Below are positions 1-10,486 of a stretch of 64,000 nt of DNA, piece by piece; position 1 is the first letter of the stretch, and every line of letters begins with the position of its first letter. The notes under the pieces are model-generated. The model saw only the letters and a program-made list of their open reading frames with translations. It was not told the origin of the DNA and searched no databases. The stretch lies in IMG/VR virus record IMGVR_UViG_3300034105_001970. One strand, 5' to 3'. This DNA is from a virus. The position numbers were made by a program, and so were the translations under genes.

Positions 1-658
1 AAATCCAACACTATTGGCATCTGATATAAGTGTTATGGAAGCAACTCCAGGTAGTTTTTTAGCATCTATATCTATGGGACTTAGTAAATCATCGTTAGCA
101 GGTGATGTAAGTTATAGTGCGGGATTGATGGTGAATAGCAATTTAAGTTCAATCGTAATGACGGGTGGTATAACAAAAATGGGAATGACGGATGATGGAC
201 AATTAGATGCAATACATTCATACGGAACTGGAATTGCATACTTAGGTGGAAACTATATGAATTTATTAGGATATACATACATCAAACCAACTGCAAAAAA
301 AGGAACATATGGTTATAATGTGGGTGTAATCAATCTACTCCTTAAAAACGATGAGACGGGTGGGTTTGAATACAATATGGCTACATCGGCAATCGTGTTT
401 TGGACTAAACCTTATCAGTATAATAAAAAATTAACAATATCACCACAGGTATTTACAATGTTTGCACCTATAAGTTATAATAGTGCAACGGGTGTAACAA
501 CAGTTAATAGACATATGGGATTTTTATTAGGTACAGCATTTGACTATAAAATTAGTAAGAGATTTGGATTTTCAGCTAACTACAAATTAAGTGGAAATAC
601 GAAAGCATTTTCTGACTTTTTAAGTAATTTTCAGATAGGCTCTAGAATGATATTATAA
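1..658 (+). CDS. hypothetical beta-strand-rich protein, 5' partial (reading frame open to window edge)
   Basis: ORF is called from TTG at 14 but the frame stays open upstream to nt 2; alternating hydrophobic/polar pattern, Gly/Tyr-rich. Confidence 0.4.
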   Translation, partial: NPTLLASDISVMEATPGSFLASISMGLSKSSLAGDVSYSAGLMVNSNLSSIVMTGGITKMGMTDDGQLDAIHSYGTGIAYLGGNYMNLLGYTYIKPTAKKGTYGYNVGVINLLLKNDETGGFEYNMATSAIVFWTKPYQYNKKLTISPQVFTMFAPISYNSATGVTTVNRHMGFLLGTAFDYKISKRFGFSANYKLSGNTKAFSDFLSNFQIGSRMIL

Positions 659-693
659 TTTTTTATAATATATAAGTGATATTCTCTCTATTT

Positions 694-725
694 TTTGGTA
701 AATTAAGTAAATAGTCGTATATTAG
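694..725 (+). promoter_or_regulatory. Bacteroidota-type promoter
   Basis: TTTGGTAA-N20-TATATTAG upstream of nuclease gene. Confidence 0.45.
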
Positions 726-730
726 AGTAT

Positions 731-1603
731 ATGGCAAGAGTAAGTTATTCACAATACACAATGTGGGCAAATTGTCCACAACAATACAAGTTAGCATACA
801 TAGATAAACTAAGTGAGTCTAAATCAAATATCAATATGGTATTTGGGACAGCCATGCACGAAGTTTTGCAACATTACCTTACGGTTTTCTATGGTGTAAG
901 TAAAAAACAAGCAAATCAATTAGACCTAAACCTAATGTTATTAGAATCTCTTAAATCTAATTTTAAGAAGGAACAAGAGAAGTTTAGTGATGGTGAAGTA
1001 GTTTGTACCAAAGAAGAATTAGAGGAGTTCTATGGGGATGGTATTGAGATTTTAAATTGGTTTAGGAAACATGGTGATAGATTGTTCTCAAAGAAAGGAT
1101 GGGAGTTAGTAGGAGTAGAAAAACCACTTAACTTAAAAGTAAAAGAGAATGTAAGTTATATGGGATTCATCGATGTACTTTTGAAGCATAAAGAAAGTGG
1201 TGAATATTATATTATAGATTTTAAGACAAGTAGAGGTGGTTGGACAAAAGATATGAAGAAGGATAAAACCAAAATCAATCAATTATTACTTTACAAATAT
1301 TTCCTATCTATTCAGTATAAGATAGATATTGAAAAAATTAAAGTAGAATATCATATCATCAAAAGAAAGATAAACAAAGATTACGAATTTCCAATTCCAC
1401 ATATGTCAGCATTCGTACCTGCGCATGGAACTAATACTACATTAAAAGGATATAAGGATTTTATGCAGTTTGTAGATTCAGTATTTTTAGAGGATGGTAA
1501 TTATAATTTACAAGCAAATTTTGAGCCAGTTCCCGGTGAGAAAAATAAAAATTGTAGATGGTGTGAATTTAAAGAGAGAAAATTGTGTTCTTTATTTAAA
1601 TAG
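731..1603 (+). CDS. PD-(D/E)XK nuclease, Cas4/RecB-like, with 4-Cys cluster
   Basis: D..IIDFKT (D-x-EhK-like) core, QLLLY motif, one N-terminal Cys plus C-terminal CRWCEFKERKLC. Confidence 0.55.
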   Translation: MARVSYSQYTMWANCPQQYKLAYIDKLSESKSNINMVFGTAMHEVLQHYLTVFYGVSKKQANQLDLNLMLLESLKSNFKKEQEKFSDGEVVCTKEELEEFYGDGIEILNWFRKHGDRLFSKKGWELVGVEKPLNLKVKENVSYMGFIDVLLKHKESGEYYIIDFKTSRGGWTKDMKKDKTKINQLLLYKYFLSIQYKIDIEKIKVEYHIIKRKINKDYEFPIPHMSAFVPAHGTNTTLKGYKDFMQFVDSVFLEDGNYNLQANFEPVPGEKNKNCRWCEFKERKLCSLFK

Positions 1604-1642
1604 TTATATATATATACATATATAAAACAAAAGGAAAATATT

Positions 1643-1840
1643 ATGGCAGACAAAACACAATTAACATCTGTAAAAATATTAACTGATTTATACAAATCCT
1701 TTAAGATTCATACGATAACTGACGGGATTACGTTACAAAAATTAGTTAATAGAAGTTTAAACCTATATATGACAGATAATTCATATAGAGACAATTTAAC
1801 AAAACATTCAGAGTTACAAGTAAGTGGTTCACAATTTTAA
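1643..1840 (+). CDS. hypothetical small protein
   Basis: ATG ORF in intergenic space, + strand, between nuclease and GT genes. Confidence 0.3.
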   Translation: MADKTQLTSVKILTDLYKSFKIHTITDGITLQKLVNRSLNLYMTDNSYRDNLTKHSELQVSGSQF

Positions 1841-1856
1841 TGAAATAAAATAAGTT

Positions 1857-3260
1857 ATGGCAAAAAAGAAAATCCTGTTATTGGCAGATGATTTAAGAAT
1901 GAGTAGTGGTATTGCTAATATGAGTAAACAATTAGTAATGGGTTCACTACAACACTATGATTGGGTTCAATTGGGTGCAGCAGTAACACATCCAGAAGAA
2001 GGTAAAATTTTAGATTTATGTGATGATGTTCGTGGTAGAACCGGAATTGAAGATGCATATCTAAAAATTTATCCATCAACAGGGTATGGAACGGCAGAAA
2101 AGTTAAGACAAATATTAGAAATTGAAAAACCTGATGCTATTCTACACTTTACAGACCCGAGATATTGGATATGGTTATATGATATTGAACATGAAATCAG
2201 ACAACATACACCAATATTCTTTTACCACATTTGGGATGATTTACCAGACCCTAAGTACAATAGAGATTACTACGAAAGTTGTGATTGGATAGGTACTATT
2301 TCAAAACAAACATTTGGTATTACAAATAGAGTTTGGAGTTTAACCTCAAAAGATAGATGGAAACAACCTGAAAATTGGCAAGTGAGTTATGTACCACATG
2401 GTATTAATCCGGAAGATTATAAAGTAGCAGATGTACCTGCCGATTTCAAAAAGAAAATATTTGGGGATAAAACATATGATTTCGTATTGTATTGGAGTAA
2501 TAGAAATATCAGACGAAAACAACCGATTGAAGTTATATACGCATTCAAAGAATTTGTAGCAACACTTTCACCTGAGCAAGCTAAAAAGACCGTATTGTTA
2601 ATGCATACCCAACCGGTGGATGATAATGGTACAGATTTACCTAGAGTTATTGCAGATTGTGCACCTGAAATCAATGTAGTATTTGATACAGGTAGATGGA
2701 ATGAAACTGAATTAAACTATCTTTATAATATTGCAGATGTTACAATTAATATAGCATCTAACGAAGGATTTGGATTAGCAACTGCAGAATCTATTATGGC
2801 AGGAACACCAATTATAGTAAATGTAACGGGTGGTATACAAGACCAATGTGGATTTGTATTCCAAAATGAAGATGTGCATGGCAATTGGGATTATACAAGA
2901 CCATCGGATTATGTTAAGTGGGGTACTCTACATGATTGGAGATTATGGAAAGATAAATTAAAGTGGGGAGATTGGGTAACACCGGTTTGGTCAACATCTC
3001 GTTCATTTACAGGTTCAGTACCTACACCTTATATATTTGAAGACCATATTGATTATGTTGAAGTAGCAGATTCAATCCGTCATTGGTATGATATGAGTAG
3101 AGAACAAAGAAAAGAAAAAGGAATATTAGGTAGAGATTTTGCACTAGGAGTTGGTGGATTAAGTGTACAAAATATGTGTCAAACTTTAATCAATGGAATG
3201 GATGGTGCATTTACGAATTGGAAACCTAGAAAAAAATACGAATTATTCAAAATAAAATAA
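1857..3260 (+). CDS. glycosyltransferase, GT4 (GT-B) family
   Basis: NEGFGLATAESIMAGTPIIVNVTGG matches the GT4 E-x7-E/EGFG motif; preceded by TAAGTTATG junction. Confidence 0.7.
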   Translation: MAKKKILLLADDLRMSSGIANMSKQLVMGSLQHYDWVQLGAAVTHPEEGKILDLCDDVRGRTGIEDAYLKIYPSTGYGTAEKLRQILEIEKPDAILHFTDPRYWIWLYDIEHEIRQHTPIFFYHIWDDLPDPKYNRDYYESCDWIGTISKQTFGITNRVWSLTSKDRWKQPENWQVSYVPHGINPEDYKVADVPADFKKKIFGDKTYDFVLYWSNRNIRRKQPIEVIYAFKEFVATLSPEQAKKTVLLMHTQPVDDNGTDLPRVIADCAPEINVVFDTGRWNETELNYLYNIADVTINIASNEGFGLATAESIMAGTPIIVNVTGGIQDQCGFVFQNEDVHGNWDYTRPSDYVKWGTLHDWRLWKDKLKWGDWVTPVWSTSRSFTGSVPTPYIFEDHIDYVEVADSIRHWYDMSREQRKEKGILGRDFALGVGGLSVQNMCQTLINGMDGAFTNWKPRKKYELFKIK

Positions 3261-3263
3261 GTT

Positions 3264-4553
3264 ATGGCAGAAATTAAAAAACCTTTAGTAGTAGTTCAAG
3301 GACCGGTAGCAACGCGAAGTGGTTACGGAGACCATAGTAGAGATTTAGTTAGAAGTTTAATTAGTTTAGATAAATACGATATTAGAATTGTATCAATGAG
3401 ATGGGGTAGTACTCCTATGAATGGTCTAAATGCAAAAAATGATAGTGATAAACAAATCATAGATAGAATTGGATTACCTATTGATAGAACACCCGATGTG
3501 TTTATTCAAATTACAGTTCCTAATGAATTTGAAAGAAAAGGAACATATAATATCGGTATTTCAGCAGGTATAGAAACAACGGTTTGTCCTATTGATTGGA
3601 TACATGGTTGTAATAAAATGGATTTGATTATAGTTCCATCTGAATTTTCTAAAGATGTATTAATAAAAACATCGTATGTAGAAAAAAATAATCAAACACA
3701 ACAAGTTATTAATAATTTCAAAATTACAAAACCAATTGAAGTTCTATTTGAAGGATTTAATGATGCAACATTTGGTGCGGCAGAAGTTCCATATATTACG
3801 GAATTAGATGCAATCAAAGAAGAGTTTGCATTCTTAATTACCGGGCACTGGTTACAAGGTCAATTAGGACATGATAGAAAAGATATTGGAATGACAATCA
3901 AAAGTTTTTGTCACGCTTTTAGTAATGAAAAACAAAAACCAGCATTGGTATTAAAAACATCATCCGCTGGGTTTAGTGTAAGAGATAGAGAAGATATGGC
4001 GGGCAGAATAGAAACACTTACAAATGAATTTGGTGATAAGTGTCCTTCAATCTATTTACTACATGGTGATTTAACTGAAACCGAAATGCATGGGTTATAT
4101 GAACATCCAAAAGTAAAAGCAATGGTATCATTTACACATGGTGAGGGATTCGGCAGACCTCTATTAGAATTCAGTTTGACGGGTAAGCCGGTAATTGCAT
4201 CTAATTGGAGTGGTCATTTAGATTTCTTAAAAAGTGGTGCAGTATTATTAGAGGGTGAATTAAAACCCGTAGATAAATCGGCACAAAATCAATTTATTAT
4301 AGATGGTAGTCAATGGTTTTATGTAAATTATTCTAATGCAATTAATAAGTTAAAAGATATTTATAAGAACTACAACACATATAAAGTTGAATCTAAAAAA
4401 TTGGGTAAGTATAATAACGAAAATTTTAGTTTACAAAAAATGACTAAATCATTTGACACTATTTTAACTCAATATGTTCCAACAATAAAACAATTTATAC
4501 CATTGAATTTACCAACCCTTACTAAGATAAATGAATCAGATACATCATTATAG
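3264..4553 (+). CDS. glycosyltransferase, GT4-like
   Basis: HGEGFGRPLLEFSLTGKPVIASNWSG motif near C-terminus; starts 4 nt after upstream stop. Confidence 0.55.
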   Translation: MAEIKKPLVVVQGPVATRSGYGDHSRDLVRSLISLDKYDIRIVSMRWGSTPMNGLNAKNDSDKQIIDRIGLPIDRTPDVFIQITVPNEFERKGTYNIGISAGIETTVCPIDWIHGCNKMDLIIVPSEFSKDVLIKTSYVEKNNQTQQVINNFKITKPIEVLFEGFNDATFGAAEVPYITELDAIKEEFAFLITGHWLQGQLGHDRKDIGMTIKSFCHAFSNEKQKPALVLKTSSAGFSVRDREDMAGRIETLTNEFGDKCPSIYLLHGDLTETEMHGLYEHPKVKAMVSFTHGEGFGRPLLEFSLTGKPVIASNWSGHLDFLKSGAVLLEGELKPVDKSAQNQFIIDGSQWFYVNYSNAINKLKDIYKNYNTYKVESKKLGKYNNENFSLQKMTKSFDTILTQYVPTIKQFIPLNLPTLTKINESDTSL

Positions 4554-5076
4554 AAAATATTTTTATAAAGAAATAGTAACCTCTATTAATGAAGTTAAGA
4601 ATGGCGGATTTTATAGATTATATGGTTACAAATATGAAGATACAGGAGTAAGTGAATCATATAGTGCCGCAACAACCCCATTGTTATTGGTATTAGGTAA
4701 AAATTCACAAAAAGGATTGATACATTGTATAAAATTAAATGAACTACCATTAACTAGATTTTTAAAATTATATGATGATATTCAAAACCAAGCATACACT
4801 CGTGAATTAATTAAAGAAATCGAAGATAAAGATGCAACGTTTAATGAAAATTTAGGATATGACACGGGTAGGAAAGCAATCTTAATTGATAAAAGTGGTA
4901 GAACCTTTTATAAAAAATCAGTTAAAAATAATAGAGATTTGCAAAAATATGATGTATATCGCACTTACAAAAAGAAAAATGTAAAGATGATTAAAGAGTT
5001 GTATTTTGATGTATCTAAACTAAAACCAAAATTAGGATTCAAAAATTTTAATACAGATGAACAAGAAATAATATAA
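4531..5076 (+). CDS. hypothetical protein
   Basis: 181-aa ORF overlapping upstream gene end by 23 nt; no recognisable motif. Confidence 0.35.
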   Translation: MNQIHHYRKYFYKEIVTSINEVKNGGFYRLYGYKYEDTGVSESYSAATTPLLLVLGKNSQKGLIHCIKLNELPLTRFLKLYDDIQNQAYTRELIKEIEDKDATFNENLGYDTGRKAILIDKSGRTFYKKSVKNNRDLQKYDVYRTYKKKNVKMIKELYFDVSKLKPKLGFKNFNTDEQEII

Positions 5077-5077
5077 T

Positions 5078-5704
5078 ATGAAAATAAGTTATGCAATTAC
5101 GGTTGTAAATGAAATAAAAGAAATACAAACATTATTACCACTACTAATAGAAAACAAAAGAGAAGTAGATGAAATTGTTGTTCAATATGATAATCAAAAA
5201 GTGACGGTTGAAGTACTTGAATATCTTAATGATTTGACATTTGACAAAAAAATTGATAAAACAATTGGATATCCTCTGAATGGAGATTTTGGAACATACA
5301 AACAACATCTTACACAAAATTGTACGGGTGACTGGATATTCCAATTAGATGCAGACGAAACAATAGACCCAATATTAATACAGGGATTATCAAATATATT
5401 AGAAGGTAATGATACTATTGAAATGTTTTTTATTCCTAGAATTAATATAGTGAATGGATTAACAGAATCACATATTCAAAAATGGAGATGGAATGTAAAT
5501 GAGAAAGGATGGGTAAATTTTCCTGATGTTCAAGGTAGATTATATCAAAACAAACAATCTATTTTTTGGGCAGGTAAAGTACATGAACAATTACAGGGAT
5601 TTGAAAGTTATACAATATTTCCACAAGATGAAACATATTGTATTAAACACATTAAAGAAATAGAAAGACAAGAAAAACAAAATGCTCTTTACGAAACGTT
5701 ATAA
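5078..5704 (+). CDS. glycosyltransferase-like (GT-A/GT2-like fold)
   Basis: N-terminal beta-alpha (ISYAITVVNE..IVVQYD) and QLDADE DxD-like motif. Confidence 0.4.
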   Translation: MKISYAITVVNEIKEIQTLLPLLIENKREVDEIVVQYDNQKVTVEVLEYLNDLTFDKKIDKTIGYPLNGDFGTYKQHLTQNCTGDWIFQLDADETIDPILIQGLSNILEGNDTIEMFFIPRINIVNGLTESHIQKWRWNVNEKGWVNFPDVQGRLYQNKQSIFWAGKVHEQLQGFESYTIFPQDETYCIKHIKEIERQEKQNALYETL

Positions 5705-6186
5705 TGAATTGGATAATTTTCACAACCGAATGTAGTGGTAAAACAACATTTTGTTCACTAAACAATAATAAATTAAAAGATTATGATTTAGTGGATTGGG
5801 ATGTGATAAAAGCATTACCAAATGGTGAATATGAAAATGAAATATTATTAATAGATGTTATGTTAGAATTGGTTAATAAAGATAATCAGATTTATTTAAC
5901 AAATATATTTCCACCAAACTTTATATTAGAGTGTAAACATTATTATAAAAATATTAAATTTGGAATAATTAATTTGAAAGAAGAAGAATTAAAAATACAA
6001 ATTAAAAGTAGACATAACCCAAATTATAATTCAAATTACATTATTGAAAAAAATAATGAATTAAAAAAAATAGTTGATAAAAAAAATACATTTAAAAGTT
6101 TTAAAAGTTTTAAAGAATTTAAAGAATATTTTGAACCATCATTAATTAATATCAAACCGATGGTACAAAGAATAATAAGATTATGA
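5704..6186 (+). CDS. hypothetical protein with imperfect P-loop
   Basis: N-terminal IIFTTECSGKTTF resembles Walker A but lacks the first Gly; ATGA overlap with neighbours. Confidence 0.3.
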   Translation: MNWIIFTTECSGKTTFCSLNNNKLKDYDLVDWDVIKALPNGEYENEILLIDVMLELVNKDNQIYLTNIFPPNFILECKHYYKNIKFGIINLKEEELKIQIKSRHNPNYNSNYIIEKNNELKKIVDKKNTFKSFKSFKEFKEYFEPSLINIKPMVQRIIRL

Positions 6187-6824
6187 AAGAAGTAAGTGTA
6201 GTTTGTACAAGTTGTAATAGACCAGATTTGTTAGAGAAAACATTAGAAAGTTTTTTCAAATATAACACATATCTAATTACCGATTTCAATGTAATTGATG
6301 ATAGTGCTGTAATTGGTTGTAATGACCATTTAAAAGAAAAATTCCCATCGGTAAGTTTTTGGTACAACAAAACTAATATAGGACAAGTTGCAAGTATAGA
6401 TAAAATGTATGGATATGTAATTACTCCGTATGTTTTTCATATGGAAGAAGATTGGGAATTTTACAAAGAAGGATTTATAGAAGCTTGTTTAGAAATTATA
6501 GATTTAGATGATAAGATTATTTGTGTTCAAACAAGAGACCCAAATGATATAGGGCATCCACTTTTACCTGATGTATATTTAACTCCAATGGGAAATAAAG
6601 TACAAAGAGTAAGTTGGGGATTTGATGGACATTGGCACGGATTTACATTCAATCCTGCACTAAAGAAAATGAAAGATTATCCAGAAGATGGGTATAAACC
6701 AATAGGTAGAGAATTAGAATTAAGTAAATATTATTATTCATTAGGATACTTTGCTATGGCATTTACAGAAGGATATTGTAAGCATGCTGGGTGGGGTAGA
6801 CACATAAAAGATGTAGGCGAATGA
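6183..6824 (+). CDS. glycosyltransferase family 2-like
   Basis: VSVVCTSCNRPDLLEKTLESF and VIDDS (DxD) as in GT2 N-termini. Confidence 0.45.
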   Translation: MKEVSVVCTSCNRPDLLEKTLESFFKYNTYLITDFNVIDDSAVIGCNDHLKEKFPSVSFWYNKTNIGQVASIDKMYGYVITPYVFHMEEDWEFYKEGFIEACLEIIDLDDKIICVQTRDPNDIGHPLLPDVYLTPMGNKVQRVSWGFDGHWHGFTFNPALKKMKDYPEDGYKPIGRELELSKYYYSLGYFAMAFTEGYCKHAGWGRHIKDVGE

Positions 6825-7939
6825 GTTACGAATTAAAAGACATTTCAGTAGTAATACCAAGTTATAATAACTTAGAGTATTTAAAATTAGTATATAAATC
6901 AGTTAGAGATATTTCTGACGATATTGAAGTTATACTATATGGGGATGGGTGTAATGATGGAACAAATGAATGGTTATTATCATTAAAACATACAAATACA
7001 ATTACCCACATATATAGTGAAAAACTTGGACATCCTGTTTTATACGATTATGGATTTCAAATAGCAAGTAGACCTGTAATAGGGATTTTGCACGCAGATA
7101 TGATAGTTCACAAAAATTTCTTTGAGAATATTTTGAAGTATGTGGGAACAAATAAAATCGTATGTGGTATGTGTGTAGAGCCACCAATTCATCCAGCAGG
7201 TAAGGAAAAATATCAATTAGATGCAGGTACATATCCAAATGAGTTTAATCAATCTAAGTTTGATGAGTTCTATGAAACGATAGAAAAAAATACAACTAAC
7301 AATGGTATATTTGCACCTTGGTTTGTATTGAAAGATGAGTACATTAATATATTAGGTGGACACGATACAAATTTTCAAACAATCGAAGATGTTGATATTT
7401 TTCATAGAATGGTAATTGGTGGATTTGATATTATACAAAGTAGAGATGCATTAGTTTATCATTTTACACAAAGAGGGCATAAATTTGAAGGTGGTGATTT
7501 ACAAAAAGTACAAGATGATTATCAAAGTAGAATAGATACCGATACAAAAAAATATATTAGAAAATGGGGGTGTATATGGTATTTTGATATAAATCACAAA
7601 CCAATTCCAATGCCAAAATATAACATTGGGTTAATCATTTATAATGCACCACAAGATTTAGTTATATTTTTAGAACCATACTTTACAACTATATACACTA
7701 ATAATTTGGGTCAAGTTGAGGGTGTTAGTAAGTTAAAAGATATTAATGATGAACTTACCAATGATAGTTTTGTGACAATAAATGCAGAACATCTAACAAA
7801 CGAAAACATAGAATTTTTAATGAAAGTACCATATGTATTAAAACAAAATACACAAATTGGGCAATTCAAAATAGATATATTTAATCTATATATAAAAAAC
7901 TACAATGAATATCAGAATGAATTAATTAAAGTAAATTAA
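6821..7939 (+). CDS. glycosyltransferase family 2
   Basis: ISVVIPSYNNLEYLKLVYKSV...EVILYGDGCNDGT is the canonical GT2 signature. Confidence 0.65.
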   Translation: MSYELKDISVVIPSYNNLEYLKLVYKSVRDISDDIEVILYGDGCNDGTNEWLLSLKHTNTITHIYSEKLGHPVLYDYGFQIASRPVIGILHADMIVHKNFFENILKYVGTNKIVCGMCVEPPIHPAGKEKYQLDAGTYPNEFNQSKFDEFYETIEKNTTNNGIFAPWFVLKDEYINILGGHDTNFQTIEDVDIFHRMVIGGFDIIQSRDALVYHFTQRGHKFEGGDLQKVQDDYQSRIDTDTKKYIRKWGCIWYFDINHKPIPMPKYNIGLIIYNAPQDLVIFLEPYFTTIYTNNLGQVEGVSKLKDINDELTNDSFVTINAEHLTNENIEFLMKVPYVLKQNTQIGQFKIDIFNLYIKNYNEYQNELIKVN

Positions 7940-7969
7940 TCTTATATTTATATATTAGAGGAAATAACT

Positions 7970-8632
7970 ATGACAACAAACAATAGTGTAACAACTAAAC
8001 CGGAAGTACCAACCGAAGATGATTTTGAAGGAATGCCATCAGCCGCAATTACAGGTGTAAGTGCAGAAAACACAAACGAAGGACCATTAGGCACAATGAG
8101 AGATACAAAACCTACTCCAACAAATGATATTTTGTGGAAAGCAACAGGTAGAGTATGTGAAGGTAGAGGAATGACAGAAAGAGTTAAGATGTATGAAAAG
8201 AAAGGTGGTGGATGGAGAATGGGTAAGCATGTTGATGAAACTGTTTATACAACACTAAGTGAATTCTATAAAAACGAAATCAAACCTAGAAAAGAAGCAA
8301 AAGAGTTAATGGTTAAAAGAAGATTAACTCCAGAAAGTATATTAAGAGAAGAAGAACCGGGTGGTGATGTAGTAGCAAGTAATGGTACACAAGACCACGA
8401 AGTTTCAATGGCAAAGGCATCATTGGTGAGTATTGGTAAAGCAGTAAATGATTTAATGGGTAGATTGGGTGATACCGAAAAAGATATTCCAGGATGGATA
8501 CAAGACCATATCACAAATGCCGAAAACTATATTGTTCAGGCATCAAAAGGATATTATGACCAGGAAGATAAAAAATTAGGAAACAACATTCCAAAACCTG
8601 AAAATCAAACACAATATTCAAATGGAAAATAA
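7970..8632 (+). CDS. hypothetical acidic protein
   Basis: 220-aa ORF, hydrophilic, no motif recognised. Confidence 0.4.
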   Translation: MTTNNSVTTKPEVPTEDDFEGMPSAAITGVSAENTNEGPLGTMRDTKPTPTNDILWKATGRVCEGRGMTERVKMYEKKGGGWRMGKHVDETVYTTLSEFYKNEIKPRKEAKELMVKRRLTPESILREEEPGGDVVASNGTQDHEVSMAKASLVSIGKAVNDLMGRLGDTEKDIPGWIQDHITNAENYIVQASKGYYDQEDKKLGNNIPKPENQTQYSNGK

Positions 8633-8999
8633 AGAATTACAACAATACATACAAGACGTTATCCACTTACAAACTCAAGTTAAGTTCTTTCATTGGCAAA
8701 CTAAAATCTATGCAAAACATAATGCATTAGGTGATTTATATGATACGATTTCAGGTAACATAGATGAATTTGCAGAAATTACAATGGGAAAATATGGTAG
8801 AATCGCAGTGGATGGTTTGAGTTATACTTTCATCAATGTTTCCGATGAAAATGTAATTAGTGTAATAGATGGTGGTATTGATATTTGTACAAAAATAACA
8901 AGTGCATTAGATGCAAAAGTAGATACTGATTTACTTAATTTGAGAGATGAATTATTAGGTTCATTGAATAAAACTAAGTATTTATTAACTTTAAAATAA
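8622..8999 (+). CDS. ferritin/Dps-like four-helix protein (tentative)
   Basis: FHWQTKIYAKHNALGDLYD...IDEFAEI resembles Dps helix A/B pattern (HW..G..F..LH...D.IAERI). Confidence 0.3.
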   Translation: MENKELQQYIQDVIHLQTQVKFFHWQTKIYAKHNALGDLYDTISGNIDEFAEITMGKYGRIAVDGLSYTFINVSDENVISVIDGGIDICTKITSALDAKVDTDLLNLRDELLGSLNKTKYLLTLK

Positions 9000-9002
9000 G
9001 TT

Positions 9003-9845
9003 ATGTATAAGATATTAGCGGTTGGTACTTCATTTACACATGGATTAGCGTTACACTTCTATAAAAGAAAAGAACTAGGATTACCATTAGATTTTAATAC
9101 AATTACAAATGATGAGTTATATTTTAATTATAAACATTCATATTCTAGTATTTTAGGTAAAAAATTAGATTTACCTAATCAAATCGTATCAAGTTCGGGT
9201 TCAAGTAATTTTTTTGAAGGATTAGAGATTATAAAAAAATCAATTAATTCGATATATTTACCCGGTGATGATAAGTTTGACCATAATTTTTTTAAACCAA
9301 AGGTAGTTATATTGCAACTTACAAATGTTACACGAGATTTTTTTATATACGAAAATAAAATTTATAAATTAGATTTTGAAACATATGATGGTTTTTTAAA
9401 ATCAAAAAAAGAATTAATAGATAATATAGATGTTGTAGATAAAAAGGATTTTATAACTAAGTTAGAGTTGGAATTAGAATTATTTACATTAGATGAGGTA
9501 CGTTGGAGAAAAAATCAAAGTGCATATTTTATAAGTAAGATTAATATACTACATAAAATTTTAAAAAGTAAAGGTGTTATATTAAAAGTAATATCATATT
9601 CAGATGATTACAAAGAAAATTTGGATAAATTTGATGAGAATATATTTGTAAAAATTCAACATAATGGTATTTCATTTTCTAATATCTTTGATTTTGTAAC
9701 TATAAATAAATTAAGAGTAGTAGATGATTTAGGAATAGATGATTCGCATCCTAATTTTGAAGCACATGAAATTGTAGCGGATAATATATATAATAGTATA
9801 TTAAATGATCCTGGATATTATACATCATTTCATTCAATTATTTAA
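9003..9845 (+). CDS. SGNH/GDSL-hydrolase-like paralogue
   Basis: N-terminal ILAVGTSFTHG block and C-terminal DDSHPNFEAHEIVADNI (SGNH block V DxxHPN-like). Confidence 0.4.
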   Translation: MYKILAVGTSFTHGLALHFYKRKELGLPLDFNTITNDELYFNYKHSYSSILGKKLDLPNQIVSSSGSSNFFEGLEIIKKSINSIYLPGDDKFDHNFFKPKVVILQLTNVTRDFFIYENKIYKLDFETYDGFLKSKKELIDNIDVVDKKDFITKLELELELFTLDEVRWRKNQSAYFISKINILHKILKSKGVILKVISYSDDYKENLDKFDENIFVKIQHNGISFSNIFDFVTINKLRVVDDLGIDDSHPNFEAHEIVADNIYNSILNDPGYYTSFHSII

Positions 9846-9887
9846 TATTTATATTATAGTATTAACCCCCTTAAATACACAAAAACA

Positions 9888-10208
9888 ATGGACCAAAACG
9901 CATATACCGTATTAATAACCGCAATTTCAATTTTAGGTGGAGCATCTGCATGGAGATTCTATGAAAAAAGAGCAATGCATAAAGAAAGAGATGAAGATTT
10001 TATTAGACACGATTGTAAAGATAGAATTGCTAAATTAGAAGGATTATTAGAAGCAGCCGGTAAAGAAAAAGATGATTTACGAATGATGATTTTAGATTTA
10101 ACTAAACAAGTAGCAGCACTATCGGTTAAAGTTGAATTTCTTACAAAAGAAAATGAAAAATTAGCAAAAACATCAACTAAATCAGACAAGAAACAATTGA
10201 ATGGATAA
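9888..10208 (+). CDS. membrane-anchored coiled-coil protein (spanin-like topology)
   Basis: N-terminal TM helix followed by charged heptad-rich segment. Confidence 0.4.
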   Translation: MDQNAYTVLITAISILGGASAWRFYEKRAMHKERDEDFIRHDCKDRIAKLEGLLEAAGKEKDDLRMMILDLTKQVAALSVKVEFLTKENEKLAKTSTKSDKKQLNG

Positions 10209-10267
10209 GTTCAATATTAATAACGAAATCAGGGCCTAAATGGACGGTGATAGTATAATACTAAAAA

Positions 10268-10486
10268 ATGGAAAAACAGACAAAAAAGAGAATAACTGTT
10301 TTAAAAGATACATCACTAATGTTAGCGATGTTCTTTCTACCACTGGGTTACGATGCACTATTCAAACTAATGATGGAATTGACAGGTTCGTATTGGGGAG
10401 CAGACGTTATCTTTTACTCAATTTCAGGTTGTTTTTGGTTATCTTATATATTACTTACACGATATTTAAATAAACATCCTAAATGA
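10268..10486 (+). CDS. small membrane protein, 2 TM (holin-like topology)
   Basis: Two hydrophobic helices; ATGA overlap with next gene; preferred over overlapping frame 10240..10473. Confidence 0.3.
   Translation: MEKQTKKRITVLKDTSLMLAMFFLPLGYDALFKLMMELTGSYWGADVIFYSISGCFWLSYILLTRYLNKHPK

Noticed and set aside
5704-6186. Calling 5704..6186 a P-loop kinase (for example APS kinase for PAPS supply)
   Set aside because: The Walker A-like TTECSGKTT lacks the first glycine, and no Walker B or lid motif was found. Kept as a hypothetical protein.
10240-10473. ORF 10240..10473 as a gene
   Set aside because: It overlaps 10268..10486 in another frame. The latter has TM helices and a clean ATGA junction with the next gene, so it is preferred.
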